The position numbers were made by a program, and so were the translations under genes. Shown here piece by piece: positions 9,106-19,410 of a DNA stretch of 32,000 nt (the first letter of the stretch is position 1; each line of letters begins with the position of its first letter). Under the pieces are notes generated by a model that saw only the letters and a list, made by a program, of their open reading frames with translations, did no database searches and was not told the DNA's origin. The stretch is from Cupriavidus necator (GTDB lineage: Bacteria; Pseudomonadota; Gammaproteobacteria; Burkholderiales; Burkholderiaceae), in NCBI RefSeq assembly GCF_016127575.1, contig NZ_CP066018.1:3540001-3572000 (forward strand), read 5' to 3'.

Positions 9106-11316
9106 TCATGCAGGCGCGCCCGGGCGGGACGCGTCGGCACCGTAGGCATAGCTGTAGCGGTGCAGGTGGCCGGTGAAGTCGTTGAAGATCACGCCCCGTA
9201 CGGCGACGTCGGCCTGCGCCAGCCGGCGCGTGCTTTCGTCGATCTGTTCCACCGTGGTGACCCGGTGCCGTGCCACGATGAAGACAGTGCCCGCCATGCG
9301 TCCCAGCACAAGCGCATCTGCCACCGGCAGCAATGGCGGTCCGTCAAGCACCACCATGTCGTACTGGCCGGCAACGCGTTGAACAAGTGTGGTCAGTTCT
9401 GGCTGCAGCAACAGCTCGCTTGGCCCGGACATGTGCCATCCGGTGGCCAGGAAATCGAGACCGTGCGATACATCGTGGCGAAGCACGTCCTCGTACCGGC
9501 TCGTACCAGCGATCACCTCGGCCAGTCCCGGACCGCGGTCCACATGGAATCGCTTGTGCAGCACGCCATTGCGCAGGTCGGCGTCAATCAGCAGCACCCG
9601 CCGCTTCGAGGCACCCGCCAGCGTGGCGAGATTGGCGGCTACGAAGGACTTGCCAACCCCGCCCGTAGGGCCGGTGATCAGCACCACACGGTTGGGTGCA
9701 TCGTTCAAGGCGAAGTGCAGCGTGGTGCGGACGGCGCGCAGGCTTTCGATCGCTGCATCGGGCAACAACGTGCGGTCTGTGCTGCCCGCGAGCATGCGGG
9801 GCCAGGCAGGGCGGAAATCGGAAGTCAGTCGGCTGCGCGGCACCGTGGCATAAACCGGCAGCCCCGTGCCTGCCTCGATCTCCTCGCGGTCCTGGACGGT
9901 ACCCGCCACGCGGCGGCGGAGGACGGCCAGGACCACGCCTGCCAGCAAACCGGTTAGCAGCGAACCGCCCACTGCGACGCCGCGCCGCGGCATGATCGGC
10001 GTCTCGGGTGGCGTCGCGGGGTCGATCAGTCGCACATTGGCGACCTTGCCGGCGCGCACCAGGGTAAGCTGCTGGCGGGCGTTAAGGCGGCTCGTGTAGA
10101 GCTCGGTGTCCACCTGCATGTTGCGCTGCAATTGCAGGACCTTCTGCTCGATCAGGGGCAGTCTGCGCGTACGCGCCTCGATGACAGAGAGCTCTGCCAT
10201 GGCTCCCTGCAACTGGCCGTCGAGTGCCAGCAGTGCGGGATGCTTGTCCGTGTAACGGATGGACAGTTCCTGGCGCTTCTGCCGCAGGTCGACGACGCGC
10301 GTTTCGGCTTCCACGGATTGCTGGAGCAGGGCGCGCGCCTCCTGGCTGGTGTCCACGGTGCCCTGTTGCGCACGAAACGCGTTGTAGCGGCTTTCCGATT
10401 CCTCCAGTTGCCGCTTGAGCTGCGGCAATTGCTCATCCAGGAAGCGAATGGATTTGTCGGCCTCTTCCGAGCGGCGTCGCACGTTTTGCTCGACGTACTC
10501 CTTGCCCACCTCATTCAGGATCTGGCTGGCGCGGACCGGGTCGACGCTGTCCAGCGCCACGCCGATGATGCTCGATTGCTTGCCGCGTTCCCCGATGGCC
10601 ATGGTCCGTTGCAGCCATTCGGTGGTGGCGATCTCGGAGTAGCGCCTGATCGAAAAGCTCGCGCCCGGCTCGCCGTCGGCGGCGCGGACCAGCAGGTCGA
10701 TCGGTCCATGCAGGGTTTCGGCATGTAGCGGCATACCGACCTTGCCGTGAAGCATTAGCAGCGGCGCGTCCCACGAGCCGGGCAGGGAGAGGACATAAGC
10801 ACCCTCATGACCGAGCGTCAGCACGAAGGCCTTGCCCTGCTGGGAAGCCGGCACGTCGAACATCGCCACGTCGATGCGTTCCGCGCCGTACACGTAGCCA
10901 CCGAGCGGATGCGACAAGCCATCCGTGCGCGCGGCGAGCCACCACCCAATCACCGGCACATAGCGGGGACCGGCCTCGATATACAGCTTGAGCTTCTCGA
11001 CCGCGCGTGATACCACCATGCGCGAGTTCAGCACCTGGATTTCAGAAGTCGTGTCCGGCTTGATCTCGGAGGTCAGCTTGGGGTCATCGGACGTGGACCG
11101 GGTCCCGATGGAACTGGGTTCGACCTGGATCAGAATGTCGGAGCGGTAGAGGGGGCGCGTGAACAACGCATACGCGATTCCGGCGAGCAGGCACACGGAA
11201 GTGGCGACCACGATCAGCCACCTGCCGGCGTACAGTGTCGTCAGATTGTTCAGGGCTCGGGCCGGTGCGCGACCGGGCAGTTCATAGACCGGGTTCGCGA
11301 TGTAAGGGCTCTTCAT
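9106..11316 (-). CDS. wzc: polysaccharide co-polymerase / tyrosine autokinase (PCP-2a, BY-kinase)
   Basis: The start ATG at 11316-11314 is preceded by AGGAG. The protein has an N-terminal TM segment, a long coiled periplasmic region, a second TM segment, a Walker A motif (ITGPTGGVGKSF), and a C-terminal Tyr cluster (HRYSYAYG). The 838-aa ORF extension overlaps wza and looks non-coding. Confidence 0.9.
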   Translation of the reverse strand: MKSPYIANPVYELPGRAPARALNNLTTLYAGRWLIVVATSVCLLAGIAYALFTRPLYRSDILIQVEPSSIGTRSTSDDPKLTSEIKPDTTSEIQVLNSRMVVSRAVEKLKLYIEAGPRYVPVIGWWLAARTDGLSHPLGGYVYGAERIDVAMFDVPASQQGKAFVLTLGHEGAYVLSLPGSWDAPLLMLHGKVGMPLHAETLHGPIDLLVRAADGEPGASFSIRRYSEIATTEWLQRTMAIGERGKQSSIIGVALDSVDPVRASQILNEVGKEYVEQNVRRRSEEADKSIRFLDEQLPQLKRQLEESESRYNAFRAQQGTVDTSQEARALLQQSVEAETRVVDLRQKRQELSIRYTDKHPALLALDGQLQGAMAELSVIEARTRRLPLIEQKVLQLQRNMQVDTELYTSRLNARQQLTLVRAGKVANVRLIDPATPPETPIMPRRGVAVGGSLLTGLLAGVVLAVLRRRVAGTVQDREEIEAGTGLPVYATVPRSRLTSDFRPAWPRMLAGSTDRTLLPDAAIESLRAVRTTLHFALNDAPNRVVLITGPTGGVGKSFVAANLATLAGASKRRVLLIDADLRNGVLHKRFHVDRGPGLAEVIAGTSRYEDVLRHDVSHGLDFLATGWHMSGPSELLLQPELTTLVQRVAGQYDMVVLDGPPLLPVADALVLGRMAGTVFIVARHRVTTVEQIDESTRRLAQADVAVRGVIFNDFTGHLHRYSYAYGADASRPGAPA

Positions 11317-11359
11317 GCCGCACTCCTGCGTGGGTATCGATCGTGCATAGGCGCTGATT

Positions 11360-12562
11360 TCACGGGACAAGCGCCCGGCCGACGGTCGCAGTCTGGGCGG
11401 TGGGCAACAGCAGGTTGACAACGCGGCTCCAGCGAACCAGCGCCGACGCATCGACGAACACCACATCGTTGGCCTGCAGCGAAAAGCCGTCTGCCAACGC
11501 CATCGCCGATGGCGTACTCGCGTCGAGGTGGTACACCACTGGCTTGTTGCCATTGTCCCCACGCACGACATACACGTGTCGCGCGTCGCCAGAGTACTGG
11601 CTGACGCCACCGGCATCGCCAAGCGCCTGGTTCAGGCTCAGCTTGCCGTTATTAAGCGTCAGTGTGGACGCCCGTGCCACTTCGCCAAGTACGAAAACCT
11701 TGCTGTCGGTGGCGGCGTAGAAACGTACCAGGTCGCCGTCGCGCAGCAGGATGTCGGATGGATTCCCGCCCTTGGCGATGAGGTCTGGCAGGTTGATGCG
11801 TACGGTCTTGTCGCCACGTGTCAGGGCCACCCAGGAGCGGTCCGCTGTCGCGGTGAAGCCACCGGCGCGATTGATCGCCTCGGGTAGGGTCATTGGCACA
11901 TCATTGATGATCTGCAGGCCGGGGCTCTGCACGGCGCCGTCCAGATAGACGCGCTTGCTGCGATATGCCTGGATGCGCAGGGTGATCTGCGGATTGCGCA
12001 CGTACTCGGACAGGCGCCTGGCGAGGAGCTCGCGCGCATCAGCCTCGGTGAGGCCCGCTACAGGGACCATGCCGACGAAAGCGAACTGCACCATGCCGCG
12101 AGCGTCCACGGTATAGCCGGTTACCACCGCGTTGGAGCCGGCAGTATCCACGCCGCTAGTGACCTGCAGCGCCGGCATGTTCAGTTCCGGATGGCCCCAC
12201 ACCACGATGCTCAGCACGTCGCCGGGCCCCAATACATAGGCGCGTGGCTTGTCGAACAGCGCGCGAACCTCCTGCGGCACACCCTGGGGCCGGGCGGCTT
12301 GCTGTGCATCGATCAGGGTGCCGGTAATCTCGACCAGGTTGTCGGGAGTGACCGACTGCACGCCTTTTATCGATGGCAGCTCGGGTACGGTCCCCACGGA
12401 CGACGGCTGCGTCGCGCGAGCGGCATCGGGCAGAGGACCGGACTGGGACTGGAACGACATCCCCGGCGCCATCGTGCAGGCGCCGAGGAGGGCCGCCAGG
12501 CCTGGCAGCAGCGTCGCCGCCAGGATCCGGCCACGCAGCTGGTCAGTACGCGCCGCGGCCAT
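11360..12562 (-). CDS. wza: polysaccharide export outer-membrane lipoprotein
   Basis: The start ATG at 12562-12560 gives MAAARTDQLRGRILAATLLPGLAALLGAC, which carries a lipobox (LLGAC). A Poly_export-like PGDVLSIVVWGHPELN motif and repeated SLBB-like segments follow. It overlaps the upstream gene by 20 nt. Confidence 0.88.
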   Translation of the reverse strand: MAAARTDQLRGRILAATLLPGLAALLGACTMAPGMSFQSQSGPLPDAARATQPSSVGTVPELPSIKGVQSVTPDNLVEITGTLIDAQQAARPQGVPQEVRALFDKPRAYVLGPGDVLSIVVWGHPELNMPALQVTSGVDTAGSNAVVTGYTVDARGMVQFAFVGMVPVAGLTEADARELLARRLSEYVRNPQITLRIQAYRSKRVYLDGAVQSPGLQIINDVPMTLPEAINRAGGFTATADRSWVALTRGDKTVRINLPDLIAKGGNPSDILLRDGDLVRFYAATDSKVFVLGEVARASTLTLNNGKLSLNQALGDAGGVSQYSGDARHVYVVRGDNGNKPVVYHLDASTPSAMALADGFSLQANDVVFVDASALVRWSRVVNLLLPTAQTATVGRALVP

Positions 12563-13322
12563 GCAGGACCACCCCGATCGTCTTGAACAGGATTCCGATG
12601 TCACCCAGGAACGACCAGTTCCTGACGTAGGCGACGTCGAGCGAGACGCGCGTCCCGTAATCCGTTTCATTGCGGCCACTGACCTGCCAGGGGCCGGTAA
12701 TGCCGGGAAGGACGCGGAGGTAATACGCCGCAGCGTCGCCGTACCGCTCGAGCTCCTTCTCGACGACGGGGCGCGGACCGACAAGGCTCATGTCGCCGCG
12801 CACAACATTCCACAGTTGTGGCAATTCATCGATGCTGGTACGCCGGATGAAGCGCCCGAGCGGGGTGACCCGGACATCGTTCCTGAGCTTGAAATCCTTT
12901 TCCCATTCGGCGCGCGCCGCCGGGTCGGTCGCCAGCAATTCCTTCAGCACGGCGTCTGCGTTGAGCACCATCGAACGAAACTTCAGGCACTTGAACTTCC
13001 TGCCATCCACGCCAACGCGGGTGTGTCCGAACACGCAGGGTCCGCCGTCACGCATCACCAGCATTGCCACCATGGCCAGCAGTGGCGACAGCAGCAGCAA
13101 CAGCGCAAGCGCTGCAGCGACATCGAACGCCCGCTTGGCGCCCAGTCCCAGCGGTGACGGAAATCGCAGGTCCACGCCTGCTGGCAACGGCTGCGAGGGC
13201 GCCCCGAATGCCGCCATTGCGCCGGACAAGCCGGTCTCCATGCCCGGCGCGGCAGCAGAGGCCGCGGTCAGGCGGCTGGGGACGATACCGGATCTTGCAA
13301 AGAGTGATTTCACTGTAAACAT
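12543..13322 (-). CDS. undecaprenyl-phosphate sugar phosphotransferase (small monotopic PGT, bacterial sugar transferase family)
   Basis: KRAFDVAAALALLLLLSPLLAMVAMLV TM helix, then GPCVFGHTRVGVDGRKFKCLKFRSM and DELPQLWNVVRGDMSLVGPRP signature motifs. Confidence 0.9.
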   Translation of the reverse strand: MFTVKSLFARSGIVPSRLTAASAAAPGMETGLSGAMAAFGAPSQPLPAGVDLRFPSPLGLGAKRAFDVAAALALLLLLSPLLAMVAMLVMRDGGPCVFGHTRVGVDGRKFKCLKFRSMVLNADAVLKELLATDPAARAEWEKDFKLRNDVRVTPLGRFIRRTSIDELPQLWNVVRGDMSLVGPRPVVEKELERYGDAAAYYLRVLPGITGPWQVSGRNETDYGTRVSLDVAYVRNWSFLGDIGILFKTIGVVLHGRGAY

Positions 13323-13394
13323 GACGACGCTCCATGGTAGAGGTTGGACTGCAGTCGATCTCCCTTGGCGCTGGCTGCGGCTGTCGGACGGCCG

Positions 13395-14924
13395 TCAGCC
13401 GCAGCGCCCGTAGGTGTCGGCGATGCGGACAATGTCGTCCTCGCCGAGATACGCGCCGGACTGCACCTCGATGATCTCGAGCGGCAGCTTTCCGGGGTTC
13501 TCGAGCCGGTGCGTCACGCCGATGGGGATGTAAGTGGATTCGTTCTCGCTGAGCAGGAACTGCTCGTTCCCACGCGTGACCCGCGCGGTGCCGCGGACCA
13601 CCGTCCAGTGCTCCGCGCGGTGGTGGTGCAACTGCAAGGAGAGAGCGGCGCCGGGATGCACCACGATGCGCTTGACCTGGAAGCGCTCGCCATGGTCGAG
13701 CGAGTCATAGCTGCCCCATGGCCGCTGAACCTTTCGATGGGTCTCGGCCTCCGGCCCATGCTGGCGCGCGATGCGCTCGACCAGGCCCTTGACCGCCTGG
13801 ACCCGCGAGCGGTCCACCACCAGCACGGCATCGGCGGTTTCGACCACGATCAGATTGACCGTACCCACGCAGGCCACCAGCCGTCCCTCCGAATGGGCGT
13901 AGCACGAGGAGGCGCCCTCGAACATCACGCGGCCGCGCGCGGCATTGCAGTCGTCGTCCTTGTCGATGGCATCCCATACGGCATCCCAAGAACCGAGGTC
14001 AGACCAGCCCGCCTCCAGCGGGACCACAACGCCTTTGAGCGCGTCGGCGCGCGCCAGGTGCTCCATCACGGCATAGTCGATCGAGTCCGATGGCACCTCG
14101 GTGAACGACGCCGCGTGCGGATAAAAGAACGCGCCGTCGCTGCGGCCGGCCGTGCAGGCGCTCACGCAGGCTACGTGCATCGCCGGCTGAAGCTGTTGCA
14201 GCGCGGTCAGCCAGGTGCTGGCGCGCACCACGAAGATGCCGCTGTTCCACCAGTATTCGCCGGACGCGAGGTACTGCGCCGCAAGTTCGGCGGCGGGCTT
14301 CTCCACGAACGCGTCGATCCGGCGTGCCATGCCTTCGAGCTGCGCACCGAGCCGGATATAGCCGAAGCCCGTGTCGGCGCGCGTAGGCGGCACCCCGAGT
14401 GTGGCGATGGCCCCTTGTTCTGCAAAGCGTGCCGCGCGCAGTACGGCGAGGCGGAACGCCTTGCCATCGGCAATCACGTGGTCCGCGGGCATGGCGACGA
14501 GGATGCTGTCGTTGCCCTGCTCGCAGGCCAGCAGCGCGGCGAGCGTCAGTGCCGGCGCCGTATTGCGCCCGACTGGCTCAACGACGATACGCGCGTCCAC
14601 CCCTGCCTCGGCCAGTTGCTGCGCAGCCATGAAACGGTGTGCTTCGCCGCAGACGATGATCGGCGCGGCGTCAGCGCTGGCGCTGCCATGGAGGCCGGCC
14701 AGGCGGCGTACGGTGGTCTGCAGCAGGGAATCGCGGCCAATGATGTCGATCAGCTGCTTGGGAAAGTGCTTGCGCGACAGGGGCCACAACCGGGTGCCGG
14801 AGCCCCCGGCAAGCACCACCGCCGCAAGCCGCATGCCCAGGGCGGGCGGCGATGCCCGGTCCTGCCCGGCGAGCGCATCGGTGGCGGTGTCATCCACTAC
14901 ATCCAGCGGGTCCGTTGTGCGCAT
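13395..14924 (-). CDS. manC: mannose-1-phosphate guanylyltransferase / mannose-6-phosphate isomerase
   Basis: [16 protein letters not shown] nucleotidyltransferase motif and a C-terminal cupin (EHWTVVRGTARVT...ENESTYIPIGVTHRLENPG). The internal ATG at 14834 (MRLAAVVLAGG) is a more typical start by homology. Confidence 0.9.
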   Translation of the reverse strand: MRTTDPLDVVDDTATDALAGQDRASPPALGMRLAAVVLAGGSGTRLWPLSRKHFPKQLIDIIGRDSLLQTTVRRLAGLHGSASADAAPIIVCGEAHRFMAAQQLAEAGVDARIVVEPVGRNTAPALTLAALLACEQGNDSILVAMPADHVIADGKAFRLAVLRAARFAEQGAIATLGVPPTRADTGFGYIRLGAQLEGMARRIDAFVEKPAAELAAQYLASGEYWWNSGIFVVRASTWLTALQQLQPAMHVACVSACTAGRSDGAFFYPHAASFTEVPSDSIDYAVMEHLARADALKGVVVPLEAGWSDLGSWDAVWDAIDKDDDCNAARGRVMFEGASSCYAHSEGRLVACVGTVNLIVVETADAVLVVDRSRVQAVKGLVERIARQHGPEAETHRKVQRPWGSYDSLDHGERFQVKRIVVHPGAALSLQLHHHRAEHWTVVRGTARVTRGNEQFLLSENESTYIPIGVTHRLENPGKLPLEIIEVQSGAYLGEDDIVRIADTYGRCG

Positions 14925-15468
14925 GATCTGCTCCTGTCCGGCGTGGGCTGCAGCAAGGAAACGGGGAAGCCGTCTTTGTTGCAGCGAAGCATAGACGCGC
15001 CGAAAAGCCTCAGAAGCGGACTGGCGGAAAATGCAGAATGATTGGCCGATTAACCTGAAAATCCATTATCAAAAGTAATGCGCGAGCCACCTATAGCTAC
15101 GGGAGAAAATGCTGAAATATATGGAATGGCAACGGCGCCACTTGGAATTCGGTCGCAATGCCCATAATTCTGGCGATCCGTTACTTTCTGTAACGACTTG
15201 CCCAATCCCAGTGCAGGGGCCACTCTATTGGACATTCAGTCATTATCTTTGCCGAATTTAAAATCCCAGAATTAGGGAAAGTGGCTCAAATCAGATACAT
15301 CACATGATTGGCACGCCGCATTTTTGCAGAAAACCAACTAGTGCCAAGTAATGATCCGCCAACATAGCGGAACTTTCAGCCAGTCGACCCTGCGCGGCGT
15401 CCAATTGCCGTTATGATGCAATGCAACAGATTTGATTTTTGGATTGGACGCAAGGGGGTAGTGATGCC
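14925..15468. promoter_or_regulatory. AT-rich divergent control region between the EPS operon and the araC-rml operon
   Basis: About 0.5 kb that is visibly AT-rich inside GC-rich DNA, with no convincing ORF, flanked by divergently oriented first genes. It contains the inverted repeat CGTTAC-N5-GTAACG at 15179-15195. Confidence 0.5.
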
Positions 15469-16512
15469 ATGGAGCACCTTGTCGATATGCCGCCGCCGGT
15501 CCGGTCCCTCGGTCCGCTACCGGTAGCCGGCCAACGGGAAATTCAGCGCATCGGGTTGCTGTTGTTTGAAGGCTGCTCGCTGCTGACTGCCGGCATCATC
15601 GCGGAAGCCTTCCGCGTGGCCAACGAACTCGAACTCCTGCGTCGCAGGCGACCTGTCTACCAGCTCTCCCTCTTGTCTTACCGCGGCGGCAATGTCGCGT
15701 GCTCCTCTTCCATCCGGATCTGGACGCAGAGCCTGGACGCGCTGGGTCAGCGAGGCTTCAATGCGATCTTTATTGCCTGCAGCGAGCGCGAGCCGGTCGT
15801 TGAGCGCGATGCGCGGCTCATGACCGCCATGCTCGAGATCAGCGCAATGGTGCTGGAGCGCTCCCGCGCGGGACGGGAGCCGATCCTGCCCCGCGTCTCC
15901 CGGGCACATCCGCTGCGTATCGCCGAGAGGGACAACGTCGTCGGCACCAGCCATGCCGCGCCTTCCGTATTCTGGTGCCGGGGAGGCGTGGACTCCGCTC
16001 CGGACGTCATGCCCTCGGCCGTCGATATGGCTCTGGCACAGATCGAGTCGGACCTTGGCTTCGTCATGGCCCGGGAAGTTGCAAGGCAGCTCGCGCCGCA
16101 ACGGGACATGCCGATGGTGCGCCCGGATGCCGAGGAAGCTGGCGACGCGCCCGACATCGCATCGTCCGAAACCAACGAAAAGATTCGCGCGTCGGCACGG
16201 TGGATCGCGGAGCATTACACGGAGGCGATCTCGGTGGCCGACGCGGCGCGCGTTGCCGCCATGAGCGAGCGCAACTACCTGCGGCGCTTCAAGTGGGCCT
16301 TGGGCGTGACGCCGTCGGAGTACTTGCTTCGCGCGCGGCTAGACATGATTTGTCGGCTGCTGATGGAAACGGACCTGCCGGTCGACAAAATAGCGCGGCG
16401 CTGCGGGATGGGAAACGGAGACCGGCTCGCCAAGATTTTCCGCAAGCGCTTCTCGCTGTCGCCCACGGCGTACCGCAATCAGGGCAAGACAAAGCAGTGC
16501 GAGACAACCTAG
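15469..16512 (+). CDS. AraC family transcriptional regulator, GlxA-type (DJ-1/PfpI-like N-domain plus HTH)
   Basis: C-terminal AraC HTH (SVADAARVAAMSERNYLRRFKWALGVTPSEYLLRARLDMICRLLMETDLPVDKIARRCGMGNGDRLAKIFRKRFSLSPTAYR). The N-terminal IGLLLFEGCSLLTAGIIAEAFRVAN is GlxA-like. The ATG at 15469 is preceded by AGGGGG. The ORF track begins at a TTG at 15439. Confidence 0.85.
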   Translation: MEHLVDMPPPVRSLGPLPVAGQREIQRIGLLLFEGCSLLTAGIIAEAFRVANELELLRRRRPVYQLSLLSYRGGNVACSSSIRIWTQSLDALGQRGFNAIFIACSEREPVVERDARLMTAMLEISAMVLERSRAGREPILPRVSRAHPLRIAERDNVVGTSHAAPSVFWCRGGVDSAPDVMPSAVDMALAQIESDLGFVMAREVARQLAPQRDMPMVRPDAEEAGDAPDIASSETNEKIRASARWIAEHYTEAISVADAARVAAMSERNYLRRFKWALGVTPSEYLLRARLDMICRLLMETDLPVDKIARRCGMGNGDRLAKIFRKRFSLSPTAYRNQGKTKQCETT

Positions 16513-16532
16513 CTACTGGGGGAGATCTGAGC

Positions 16533-17336
16533 ATGCGCCACGACCTGCTGGATGTCGCGAAACTTGAGTGGATGTCGCGTGAATTGTCGGAAACCTACCG
16601 TTGCGCCGACCCGTTTCCCCATATCTGCATCGACAACTTTCTTGACGAAGACGTTTATCGGAAAGCCAGCGATGCGTTTCCAGGCGCCACGGAGCGCGTC
16701 TGGTTCAAGTTTCACTCGGCCACCGAGAACCTGAAGCTGCAAAGCCAGGACTTTTACGCCATCCCGCCTGCGCTGCGGGCGCTGATCATGGAGTTCAATG
16801 CGCCCGGATTCACCCGCTTCCTGGAGACGCTGTCCGGCATCCAGGGGCTGGTGCCGGACCCTCACCTCCATGGCGGCGGCTTGCACCAGACGCTGCCTGG
16901 AGGCCACCTGGGCCTGCATATCGACTACAACTACCATCTCGAATGGAAGCTTGACCGGCGGCTCAATGTGCTGCTGTATCTCAATGACAAGTGGGAGGAC
17001 AGTTGGGCCGGCCATCTGCAACTGTGGGACAACGAGGTCCAGCGCTGCGTGCGGAAGATCGCGCCGATCGGAAACCGGCTGGTCGTCTTCAATACCAATG
17101 AGTGCTCATGGCACGGGCATCCCGAACCCCTTGCGTGCCCGCGAGGCGTCACGCGACGGTCAATCGCGCTCTACTACTACTCCAACGGCCGGCCCGAGCC
17201 GGATGCTGCCGATGAGCATTCCACACGCTTCCAGACGCGGCCGGGCGAGCGGTACGGCTTAACCGCACGGGACATCCTGCATGGCATTACGCCGCCTTAT
17301 GCGAAAGCGTTGGCCAAGCGGATTGTCGGGCGATAG
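16533..17336 (+). CDS. 2OG-Fe(II) oxygenase family protein (prolyl-4-hydroxylase-like)
   Basis: The ATG at 16533 is preceded by GGGGGAG. The H-x-D ... H facial triad is visible ([11 protein letters not shown] ... SWHGH), as is the C-terminal RRSIALYYY motif. The longer ORF from 15975 overlaps araC in another frame. Confidence 0.8.
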   Translation: MRHDLLDVAKLEWMSRELSETYRCADPFPHICIDNFLDEDVYRKASDAFPGATERVWFKFHSATENLKLQSQDFYAIPPALRALIMEFNAPGFTRFLETLSGIQGLVPDPHLHGGGLHQTLPGGHLGLHIDYNYHLEWKLDRRLNVLLYLNDKWEDSWAGHLQLWDNEVQRCVRKIAPIGNRLVVFNTNECSWHGHPEPLACPRGVTRRSIALYYYSNGRPEPDAADEHSTRFQTRPGERYGLTARDILHGITPPYAKALAKRIVGR

Positions 17337-17436
17337 CGGGGGCCGCAAATCTTGCGATGGAGGGATCATGCCACGATACGGCCAAGCCGCTATCACAAGG
17401 CCGCACCGCGCTGACGGGGGCAAGAGCACGTCATAT

Positions 17437-18492
17437 ATGCTCGTCACCGGCGGTGCCGGCTTCATCGGCGCCAACTTTGTCCTGAATTGGCTGAGCCAGG
17501 ATGGCACGGACGGTATCATCAATGTCGACAAGCTGACCTACGCCGGCAACCGCAACACCCTGGCCTCCCTCGGAGGTAACGCCCGCCACATCTTCTCGCA
17601 GACTGATATCTGCGATCGCGCCGCCCTGGACAAGCTGTTCGCCGCCCATCAGCCGCGCGCGGTGGTTCACTTTGCCGCCGAAAGCCACGTCGACCGCTCC
17701 ATCCATGACCCGGCGGAGTTCATCCAGACCAATATCGTCGGCACCTTCAACTTGCTCGAAGCCGCGCGCACTTATTGGGGAGGTCTGGACGCCGCCGCCA
17801 AGGCTGCCTTCCGCTTCCTGCACGTCTCCACCGACGAAGTGTTCGGATCGCTGGGCCCCGGCGATCCGCAATTCTCGGAAACCACCGCATATCGGCCGAA
17901 TAGTCCGTATTCGGCCTCCAAGGCTGCGTCAGACCACTTGGTCCGGGCCTATCACCACACTTACGGGCTGCCGGTGCTGACGACCCACTGCTCGAACAAT
18001 TACGGTCCCTATCACTTTCCCGAAAAGCTGATCCCGCTGATGATGACCAACGCCTTGGCTGGAAGGTCGCTGCCCATCTACGGCGATGGCCTCAATGTGC
18101 GCGACTGGCTCTACGTGGGTGACCACTGCGCCGCAATCTGCGCAGTGCTGGCACGAGGCCGCGTGGGTGAGACCTATAACGTGGGCGGCTGGAACGAGAA
18201 GACTAACCTCGACGTGGTCCACACCCTGTGCGACTTGCTGGATGAGCTCCGCCGCAAGGCTATCGGCTCCTATCGCGACCAGATCACCTTCGTCAAGGAT
18301 CGCCCGGGCCACGACCGCCGCTACGCGATCGATGCCCACAAGCTCGAGCGCGAGCTGGGCTGGAAGCCCGCCGAGACTTTAGAAACCGGCCTGCGCAAGA
18401 CCGTGCAGTGGTACCTGGACAACCAAGCCTGGGTGCGGAACGCGACGTCCGGCGACTACCGGAACTGGATGGCGAACCAATATGCCGAATAA
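17437..18492 (+). CDS. rmlB: dTDP-glucose 4,6-dehydratase
   Basis: [15 protein letters not shown] Rossmann motif, [10 protein letters not shown] catalytic YxxxK, full-length RmlB-like sequence. An upstream in-frame ATG at 17368 (GGAGG 4 nt upstream) is an alternative start. Confidence 0.93.
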   Translation: MLVTGGAGFIGANFVLNWLSQDGTDGIINVDKLTYAGNRNTLASLGGNARHIFSQTDICDRAALDKLFAAHQPRAVVHFAAESHVDRSIHDPAEFIQTNIVGTFNLLEAARTYWGGLDAAAKAAFRFLHVSTDEVFGSLGPGDPQFSETTAYRPNSPYSASKAASDHLVRAYHHTYGLPVLTTHCSNNYGPYHFPEKLIPLMMTNALAGRSLPIYGDGLNVRDWLYVGDHCAAICAVLARGRVGETYNVGGWNEKTNLDVVHTLCDLLDELRRKAIGSYRDQITFVKDRPGHDRRYAIDAHKLERELGWKPAETLETGLRKTVQWYLDNQAWVRNATSGDYRNWMANQYAE

Positions 18493-19399
18493 AGCGATCA
18501 GCGTCCCCACGTTCTTGGTGACCGGCAGCAATGGCCAGGTCGGCTTCGAACTGCGTCGTAGCCTGGCCCCGCTGGGCCGTGTCGTAGCATTGGATCGAAC
18601 CGGCTGCGACCTGTCATGCCCGGACGAAATCCGCCGCATGGTGCGCGAGTACCGGCCCGACGTGATTGTCAACCCGGGCGCCTATACCGCGGTGGACGAG
18701 GCGGAAACCGAACCCGATCTGGCCTTCGCCATCAATGGCACGGCTGCCGGAATTCTGGCAGAAGAAGCCAAGGCGCTCGGGAGCCTGCTGGTCCACTATT
18801 CTACGGATTATGTCTTCGACGGCACCAAAAACGGGACCTATATTGAAACCGACCTGGTCAATCCACTGTCGGTGTACGGCAAGAGCAAGCTCGCCGGTGA
18901 ACAGGCCATTACCGCCACCGGTGCACAGTCGTTAATCCTGCGGACCTGCTGGGCGGCAGGCGCCCATGGCGGCAATTTCGCCAAGACAATGCTTCGCCTG
19001 GGCCGTGAGCGCGAGAGCCTACGCGTGATTGCCGACCAGTTTGGCGCACCCACCACTGCAACGCTGATTGCCGACGTGACCGCGCAGATCGTGGGACGAC
19101 GCTGGCTGTGTGGCGACCGCATGTCGTTCCCCTCCGGCCTCTATCACCTGGCCGCTGCCGGTGAAACCACTTGGCACGCCTACGCAACAGAAGTGCTGCG
19201 CTATGCCGCCGCCCATGGTATCGAGTTGAAGGTCGATCCGGGGTGTATCGAGCCGATTCCCGCCACGGCTTATCCTCTGCCGGCGCCACGCCCGGCCAAC
19301 TCGCGCCTGGACACCAGCAAGCTGCGCCAGACTTTCGATATCCACCTTCCAGACTGGCAGCAGGGCGTGCATTTCCTACTGGACCAGATTATTTCCTGA
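18482..19399 (+). CDS. rmlD: dTDP-4-dehydrorhamnose reductase
   Basis: [31 protein letters not shown] and YGKSKLAGE motifs. It overlaps the rmlB stop by 11 nt. Confidence 0.92.
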   Translation: MPNKAISVPTFLVTGSNGQVGFELRRSLAPLGRVVALDRTGCDLSCPDEIRRMVREYRPDVIVNPGAYTAVDEAETEPDLAFAINGTAAGILAEEAKALGSLLVHYSTDYVFDGTKNGTYIETDLVNPLSVYGKSKLAGEQAITATGAQSLILRTCWAAGAHGGNFAKTMLRLGRERESLRVIADQFGAPTTATLIADVTAQIVGRRWLCGDRMSFPSGLYHLAAAGETTWHAYATEVLRYAAAHGIELKVDPGCIEPIPATAYPLPAPRPANSRLDTSKLRQTFDIHLPDWQQGVHFLLDQIIS

Positions 19400-19410
19400 G
19401 CCTGCTTACC

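Noticed and set aside
11317-11622. N-terminal extensions of several ORF-track entries: wzc to 11622, wza to 12784, wzx to 3600, glbN to 28485, oxygenase from 15975, rmlB from 17281
   Set aside because: The extensions overlap the upstream genes or have non-coding composition. Internal starts have SD sequences and give N-termini typical of each family (signal peptide, lipobox, Rossmann motif).
13344-15041. 565-aa plus-strand ORF antisense to manC
   Set aside because: This is a shadow ORF of a high-G+C gene. The opposite strand encodes an unmistakable ManC with both nucleotidyltransferase and cupin motifs.
15050-15235. 61-aa ORF inside the AT-rich control region
   Set aside because: It has no SD and no recognisable sequence, and it lies in a probable promoter region. 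This is most likely a chance ORF.
15309-15328. Sigma54-like TGGCAC ... TTGCA element upstream of araC
   Set aside because: The GG and GC dinucleotides are 16 nt apart instead of the 12 nt required by the -24/-12 consensus (TGGCACG-N4-TTGC).
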